A stretch of DNA of 64,000 bases from a virus (lineage: Duplodnaviria > Caudoviricetes), in the IMG/VR virus record IMGVR_UViG_2841817361_000001, positions 11,215 to 75,214 of that record; one strand, given 5' to 3'. This document shows, piece by piece, positions 58,676 through 64,000 of the stretch. Below the pieces are notes generated by a model. The model was not told where the DNA came from. It ran no database searches and worked only from the letters and a program-made list of their open reading frames with translations. Positions within the stretch are counted from its first letter, which is position 1; every line of letters begins with the position of its first letter. The position numbers were made by a program, and so were the translations under genes.

Positions 58676-58892
58676 ATACTCAAAAGCATGGCAGCCTTAT
58701 TTAGGCTATGATAAGCAAGAGTATGATATAAAACTCAAAGACGGAAGAATATTTGAAAATTGCTACCCAAACGGAGGTTATTTTAACCCATTAGACCATG
58801 AAAAGATACATGAATGTGAAGTGGCAGAAATCAGATATAGTGTAAATGAAAAAATGTACATAAATCATAACGAAGTAGACAATGGAAAATAA
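58659..58892 (+). CDS. Hypothetical protein
   Basis: Overlapping ATG ORF. Confidence 0.55.
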   Translation: MELEFKYSKAWQPYLGYDKQEYDIKLKDGRIFENCYPNGGYFNPLDHEKIHECEVAEIRYSVNEKMYINHNEVDNGK

Positions 58893-59394
58893 ACTAATAC
58901 CGATGACAACTTTTGTCGCAGAACAATGGTTAAATAAACTAACAACTAAACAGCAACTGGATAACATATATAACTATTCCCTGTTCCTAAAGCAACAACT
59001 TGAAATAGGCTTTTTCATTCCTTGTGAGAATAATGTACCATTGGAAAAACCACTTAACTATGATATATGGGAGGAGCTAGAATATAATGACGGAAAAGGA
59101 AATGGAACGATTAGCTTTGAAGGACATAAAAAATATAAACAAGATAAATCCAGAGTGCTTTTTGAAGATGCTATTAAAATTGATAGATCGCCTTATAAAT
59201 GTACAAAAAGATTACTAATAGATTTAGCTGTAGATACTCCATTTAGAATTTATACAGAGTTACGTTATCCAGATGGAAATATTGAAAGAAATGAATTTCC
59301 AAATCCGAAGAAGCCTAATATGACTATTGAAGATTTGGTTGAATATAATTTAACCCTAACCGAAACCGCAATAAAAAGTATCTATGGAAGCTAA
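58882..59394 (+). CDS. Hypothetical protein
   Basis: Overlapping ATG ORF. Confidence 0.6.
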   Translation: MENKLIPMTTFVAEQWLNKLTTKQQLDNIYNYSLFLKQQLEIGFFIPCENNVPLEKPLNYDIWEELEYNDGKGNGTISFEGHKKYKQDKSRVLFEDAIKIDRSPYKCTKRLLIDLAVDTPFRIYTELRYPDGNIERNEFPNPKKPNMTIEDLVEYNLTLTETAIKSIYGS

Positions 59395-59614
59395 GAAAAT
59401 CAAAATGACATTTGGCATTCAGAAAAAGCATATTGAAAGGATTGAAGAAGTATCTGCCCAGTATGATAGTGCTAGAAGTGAAGAAAGTAAGCAAACTTTA
59501 GAAGATGGATGGATTCTTTACGAGAGAAGCTTTTGGGAAAGGCGGGGAGAAGAATTTGGATGGGAGGCTTTAGCTCTTGCTCTACGATACTTTAGATATA
59601 AAAATAGTAAGTAA
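59384..59614 (+). CDS. Hypothetical protein
   Basis: Overlapping ATG ORF. Confidence 0.55.
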   Translation: MEAKKIKMTFGIQKKHIERIEEVSAQYDSARSEESKQTLEDGWILYERSFWERRGEEFGWEALALALRYFRYKNSK

Positions 59615-60102
59615 TGGAAGGAAAAACTTTCACTCACGCTGATCTTGTAGAGATTGGTTATAAATGGACCCTAAACAAATGTGGATTTGCCTTTAAAGAA
59701 TTGACTTGTATAAATAACGAAATTGCAGATGTTATTGGTTTTAATTCAAATGGTTCATTCCTACTTGAGGCCAAAGTAAGCAGAGCTGATTTCCTAAAGG
59801 ATAAAAAGAAATCTTTTAGAGTTAATCCATGTGGCGGTATGGGGGATTGGAGATTTTTCATTGCTCCCAAAGGTTTAATAAAAGTAACTGAGCTACCTGA
59901 AATGTGGGGGTTAATAGAAGTTAATGAAAAAGGAAAGGCTATTAATACATTCAATCCTTTTGGTGGTGGCAATATTTATGGAATGTGGAAACGACACCAG
60001 AAGAATAGAGAAGCAGAATTAAATCTTATGTATTCTGCTCTTAGAAGGCTTCATTTGAGGGGGCGGATAGATGAAATATATGAACTACCAAAAACAAAAT
60101 AA
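59614..60102 (+). CDS. PD-(D/E)xK nuclease-like protein (MmcB-like)
   Basis: EIADVIGF...LLEAKVSRADFLKD...WGLIEV. Confidence 0.7.
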   Translation: MEGKTFTHADLVEIGYKWTLNKCGFAFKELTCINNEIADVIGFNSNGSFLLEAKVSRADFLKDKKKSFRVNPCGGMGDWRFFIAPKGLIKVTELPEMWGLIEVNEKGKAINTFNPFGGGNIYGMWKRHQKNREAELNLMYSALRRLHLRGRIDEIYELPKTK

Positions 60103-60103
60103 A

Positions 60104-60460
60104 ATGGAAGGAAAAGCAAAAGAGGAAATGTTAAAGTGGTTAAGCGCTAACTATCCATTAGGTTGGAAAGCAATGGAAATGGGAGGACTTAGACCATCAT
60201 TTCAAAATACACTTATAATCGATTGGCTGGATAGTGTTAATCTATTTATTGAAGTTTATACAACCTGGGAATCATACAATAAAGTAAAGCAATTCTCATT
60301 CAAGATTATTGATGAAAATGATAAAGTACTTTGTGATAAATGGCTTTCACCCTATTTCAATTCCCGCCAAGAAGCAACCGAAGCAGCAATTAAAAAGGCT
60401 GTGGAGATTTACAATTCAAAATACGGAAACCCACAAGAGAACCAAGAAGTCCAAATTTAA
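60104..60460 (+). CDS. Hypothetical protein
   Basis: ATG 60104; SRQEATEAAIKKAVEIYN motif. Confidence 0.6.
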   Translation: MEGKAKEEMLKWLSANYPLGWKAMEMGGLRPSFQNTLIIDWLDSVNLFIEVYTTWESYNKVKQFSFKIIDENDKVLCDKWLSPYFNSRQEATEAAIKKAVEIYNSKYGNPQENQEVQI

Positions 60461-60469
60461 TTTTACAAC

Positions 60470-60688
60470 ATGAAAGAATTTAAGCACGTATCTCAGAACG
60501 ACCAGATAGAAGCTTTTAAAGATGCTTTAGAGACAAATAGTATCGGAAAGCAAATATCAGAAAAATATGATATCAAATATATTCCTGGTACTTACTCATC
60601 ATCTTTAATTTTTACACCAAAAGAAGAAACCGAGGTTAATCCTATCGACTTTCTTTTGCTTGGGTATTATGTTGGCCGGGATTATTAA
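60470..60688 (+). CDS. Hypothetical protein
   Basis: ATG ORF before a terminator. Confidence 0.55.
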   Translation: MKEFKHVSQNDQIEAFKDALETNSIGKQISEKYDIKYIPGTYSSSLIFTPKEETEVNPIDFLLLGYYVGRDY

Positions 60689-60706
60689 GAATTATTTTAT
60701 CAGGAA

Positions 60707-60738
60707 ATAAAAGGGGCAATTTAGCCCCTTATTTTTTT
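60707..60738. terminator. Bidirectional terminator
   Basis: AAGGGGC-AATTTA-GCCCCTT with flanking A/T tracts; near copy at 62740-62767. Confidence 0.75.
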
Positions 60739-60925
60739 ACTCTAAAAACAACTCCAAACGCCCAGCAACTTTAATCACTGTTGCAATTTCAATTTCGGTG
60801 TTTTTAATGTATTGTTTAGCTTTTTTGGTAAAGCCATCCCTTCCTTTGAAGCCTTCTCCAACAATTCTTGCGATAATTTCTAGGATTGTGCTAAGCTGCA
60901 TGTATTCTTTGTCGGTTAGTAACAT
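60737..60925 (-). CDS. Small protein co-transcribed with the XRE gene
   Basis: Starts 3 bp after the XRE stop. Confidence 0.55.
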   Translation of the reverse strand: MLLTDKEYMQLSTILEIIARIVGEGFKGRDGFTKKAKQYIKNTEIEIATVIKVAGRLELFLE

Positions 60926-60928
60926 ATA

Positions 60929-61189
60929 TTATTTCTTTAAATATCCAATTATTATTTCTTTCCCGGATTCGTCTTTTGTGTACAACGGCACTTCTTGTTT
61001 CTCCTTTTTGGATCGAAACAGATCCTTTACTTCAACCTCTAAAGCATCAGCTATTCTGGTTAAAGTAGATAAATTCGGATTGTTTCCATTTAAAACATTA
61101 GTTACATAACTCCTGTTTACTTCCAATAATTCAGCAAGTTTAGCCTTGCTTATACTTTTTTCTTTTAATACTCTTTCTATATCTAACAT
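60929..61189 (-). CDS. XRE-family HTH regulator
   Basis: ISKAKLAELLEVNRSYVTNVLNG.NPNLSTLTRIADALEVEVKDLF; divergent TATATTTG (-) and TACATTTG (+) boxes in 61190-61359. Confidence 0.88.
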   Translation of the reverse strand: MLDIERVLKEKSISKAKLAELLEVNRSYVTNVLNGNNPNLSTLTRIADALEVEVKDLFRSKKEKQEVPLYTKDESGKEIIIGYLKK

Positions 61190-61359
61190 AATACAAGCTA
61201 TTTATATACTTATAATTTATTTACAAATATACGATATTATGCTAATGTTTATTTTAATTTAAACATTTAACAAAAATTTAACATTTAAGTTTGTTCATTT
61301 AAAAATAAACATTTTACATTTGTAGTATAATTTTAAATATACAATTAAAACAAAACGAT

Positions 61360-61515
61360 ATGACAACTTACATCATTTTAGAAAACGGCATCAAGACAAC
61401 TTCAAAAGTTTTAGCCCCTAATTCTGAAGCTGCATTATTAAAAGCAAATGAATTGAACACAAAGCATAAAATATACACTGGTGTACTTTCAGTTGAAAAA
61501 GCATTTAACCTTTAA
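61360..61515 (+). CDS. 51-aa hypothetical protein
   Basis: MTTYIILENG...AFNL; its 3' part is duplicated at 57189. Confidence 0.55.
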   Translation: MTTYIILENGIKTTSKVLAPNSEAALLKANELNTKHKIYTGVLSVEKAFNL

Positions 61516-62137
61516 ATATAAAGATTATGAATACACTTACACACCCACATTACACAGTTGCACCAGTAGTAGAAACTATTTTTATTGATGGTTTTAAATT
61601 TGAAATTTGCGAATTCAATACAGAGTCTGCAAGAAAAGAATTTGGGGTGAGTAAGGCTTCAAGATTTTTTTTAATGATTGAGGGTAATTATTTTAATAAT
61701 GAAACCCTTGAAAAAGGCGGTTTAATGATTGGTGATGAGATTTGGTCTGCATACTGCAAAGACAGAAAATTTATCAATGACTTGATTTCAGATTTTGAAA
61801 AAAAATTAGAAGCAATCGAAAAATGGCAAGAACGTGCTTCAAGAATTAAAGAAGGTAGATACAATACGTTTCAGATTACTGTTGAAAAATTGAAATCTGA
61901 TTTAAAAAGCAGATACGGTGTTCATTTAAAATAGATGTTCAGCAGAACTGAACAGATAAAAATATTGAACAAAATATTTAATAACAGCGGGGTAAAACCC
62001 GCTTTTTAAATAAATAGCTAATAAAAAGCAATTAAAAAGCAAATAAATTATTATATTTGTATAAGTTATGATCGAAGCAAAGACAATACAAAAGTATAAG
62101 ACTAAAAGGCTGTGGAGATCTATAATGAACAATATAA
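61426..62137 (+). repeat. Direct repeat copy 2 (712 bp)
   Basis: Matches 57189-57897. Confidence 0.92.
61527..61934 (+). CDS. Hypothetical protein (duplicated)
   Basis: See 57290..57694. Confidence 0.7.
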   Translation: MNTLTHPHYTVAPVVETIFIDGFKFEICEFNTESARKEFGVSKASRFFLMIEGNYFNNETLEKGGLMIGDEIWSAYCKDRKFINDLISDFEKKLEAIEKWQERASRIKEGRYNTFQITVEKLKSDLKSRYGVHLK

Positions 62138-62376
62138 AGAAAATGAGCAATAAAACAGCATTACATGAAATCCTATCCAAACTAAAAGAGCATGAACATC
62201 TATTTGGTAATATGTACCCTCAATTTGAATCATGGCTAAAAGAAGGAATAGAAAAGGAAAAGCAGCAGATTATGGACGCTTTCGAGAATGGAAAATATGG
62301 ATTTGGCACTTCAATGGAGATTTATTACGAAGCAATATACGGAAACCCGCAAGGAGATCAGGAAACAACAAAATAA
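62068..62376 (+). CDS. Hypothetical protein
   Basis: EKEKQQIMDAF motif; true start may be the internal MSNKTA. Confidence 0.55.
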   Translation: MIEAKTIQKYKTKRLWRSIMNNIKKMSNKTALHEILSKLKEHEHLFGNMYPQFESWLKEGIEKEKQQIMDAFENGKYGFGTSMEIYYEAIYGNPQGDQETTK

Positions 62377-62535
62377 ATTTCTCACATGAAAATATTCAAA
62401 AACCTATCACTTGAAGATAAGCTGGAACTGGGGCTTATAATCGTACTTTGCATCACTGGAATTGTCATGCTCGTCGCCTGGTGGGATGATATATTTAATA
62501 TTGGATAAATATACCTTTAACCGTATCTTCACGGA

Positions 62536-62739
62536 ATGGAACTCGAAGAAACTATTTGCTAAATTTTTAAGGCTAAGAAAATCAAAACCGGAGGTAACTG
62601 CGGAACCTATGCAGCACAAATGTGCTATGATTTGGATATTTCTTTTCAGGATGTAAAACCAATTCTGGAAAAACTGGAAACTGAAGGAAAAATATTTTAC
62701 CGTATTGGAGTTGCCGGAAGACTTATTTTCTGGAAATAA
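62536..62739 (+). pseudogene. Winged-helix-like gene with an in-frame TAA at codon 9
   Basis: MELEETIC*IFKAKK...MCYDLDISFQDVKPILEKLETEGKIFYRIG...WK*. Confidence 0.55.
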
Positions 62740-62767
62740 TAAAGGGGCAATTAAGCCCCTATTTTTA
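62740..62767. terminator. Bidirectional terminator at the integrase 3' end
   Basis: AGGGGC-AATTAA-GCCCCT with flanking A/T tracts. Confidence 0.75.
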
Positions 62768-62770
62768 TGT

Positions 62771-64000
62771 TTAAATTTTTCTACTGTGATTATTAACCTG
62801 GTTTTTATAAACATTCCTTTTCTCTGTAATATAAATATTAGTCATCATTGTAGAACTATGCCCAAATAAATGTCTTAATGCATCTTCAGACATTCCATCT
62901 TCTATTTTATGATTAGCACTTAGTTTTTTACCACTATAAAAAGTTCTATTAATACCTAATTCGTCTTTAATTAAGACTTTCCATAGATTAGATAATGTTT
63001 TTCTTTTAATAGCATATTTGTTAGGCTTAAATGTTCTATCTTTTGGAAGTTTCGCACCATAAGGCACTGGAGTTCCAAATAAATAATATTCATTATCATA
63101 CCGTTGAATTCCAATATTAATTAGTAAATCATACAGATAAGAATTCATTGGAACATATCTAATTTTTGTACGTGATTTATTGTTTTCAGGTACAATAATA
63201 ATAATTCGTTGTTCTAAATCTATATGCTTTAATTGTAAGTCAAGGATTTCACCAGGTCTTATTCCTGTATGATATTGAAAACAGAAGGCATTCCATAAAT
63301 TTGGATGATTTGCGATTAATTGATTTTTAATACGTTTAAATTCTTTTTCAGATGGAGGGTCATGAAGGGAGGATTGTTCTTGTTTTAATGTAGGAGCTTT
63401 CATCATAGGATTTATTTTAATCATTTCCATATCTACGCACTCCTGTAAAATAGTTTTTATATAACCTAAATTATTATTATAAGTTCTATTCCCCCATTTT
63501 CTTTTTTCTTTAACAATTTCTAAACATTGTCTAAAATGCATTTTTGAGGAATCTTTTAATTTTAATTCATCCCATTTTTTTTCTTTAATTTCTTCTACTA
63601 AAAAATCAACTGCACCTTTATAGTCTGATTGGCTTTTAGAGGAAAGTTTTTTTGATCTTTCAGATAATGCTTTATACAAGGCTTCAATTAATGAAATGTC
63701 TGATTCTTCAAAAACAGGAATAGAATTTTGTTTTTTAGACTTTTCAATTTCCTCAAAAATTTCATTAGGAATTAAGCCATTAGTTAAGTTATTTATTAGC
63801 TCTTTCTTTAACTTATTGGCTTCTTTTAATCTTAATTCAAAAGTATCATGTTCATTGATGCCTTGTGAATACCTTCGAATATATCTTTTACCTTCTATAG
63901 TAATTCGAAAATATACATACCATCTTTTAGGATTTTTAACTCCTTCTACTGGATAAGATACAATCTTAGGAGTTGTACAGTGAAGTTCTCTTTTTTTCAT
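62771..64000 (-). CDS. int: Prophage tyrosine integrase
   Basis: N-terminal arm-binding-like WYVYF domain; HTGIRPGEI, K, FYSGKK (degenerate HxxR box), LFGHSS..MT.IY. Confidence 0.9.
   Translation of the reverse strand: MKKRELHCTTPKIVSYPVEGVKNPKRWYVYFRITIEGKRYIRRYSQGINEHDTFELRLKEANKLKKELINNLTNGLIPNEIFEEIEKSKKQNSIPVFEESDISLIEALYKALSERSKKLSSKSQSDYKGAVDFLVEEIKEKKWDELKLKDSSKMHFRQCLEIVKEKRKWGNRTYNNNLGYIKTILQECVDMEMIKINPMMKAPTLKQEQSSLHDPPSEKEFKRIKNQLIANHPNLWNAFCFQYHTGIRPGEILDLQLKHIDLEQRIIIIVPENNKSRTKIRYVPMNSYLYDLLINIGIQRYDNEYYLFGTPVPYGAKLPKDRTFKPNKYAIKRKTLSNLWKVLIKDELGINRTFYSGKKLSANHKIEDGMSEDALRHLFGHSSTMMTNIYITEKRNVYKNQVNNHSRKI

Larger units (their letters stand above)
1..64000. mobile_element. Temperate podovirus-like prophage of a Bacteroidota (Flavobacteriia-like) host; both att ends probably outside the window
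   Basis: Terminase, portal, capsid, nozzle, ejection and tail genes, tRNAs and small early genes; tyrosine integrase at the right edge; no host housekeeping genes; TAnnTTTG promoter boxes. Confidence 0.9.

Noticed and set aside
1-64000. Genome-wide stop codon reassignment
   Set aside because: Long genes are open in the standard code and TAA, TAG and TGA all end well-packed genes; only isolated in-frame stops occur
1-64000. CRISPR array, rRNA or IS element
   Set aside because: No regularly spaced repeats, rRNA-like sequence or transposase motifs seen

Overview
Very AT-rich window that reads as most of one temperate podovirus-like prophage of a Flavobacteriia-type (Bacteroidota) host. The host assignment is inferred from repeated TAnnTTTG -7 promoter boxes and A-rich translation starts. 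Left half (1-36008): lysis-type genes, two receptor-binding proteins, an oppositely oriented terminase-portal block, a ~3450-aa polyvalent ejection-type protein flanked on both sides by paralogous two-gene HEPN-like modules, and ejection, nozzle, ring, capsid and scaffold genes plus tRNA-Trp. Right half (36.6-64 kb): mosaic early region with a tRNA(CAT), RuvC-like, SLOG, kinase-like, lipoprotein and methyltransferase genes, two tyrosine recombinases, a ~710-bp duplication and several disrupted genes. The best-supported notable system is a diversity-generating retroelement: one template repeat, an RT, a small non-Avd companion gene, and three variable repeats in small, apparently cytoplasmic, non-tail proteins, one of them 13 kb away. 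Also found by eye: a bipartite motif at identical spacing before all four late transcription units, a candidate trans-acting antisense RNA against the first gene of an early operon, and a C4-like antisense switch. All family calls come from motif recognition and gene order, not database searches.
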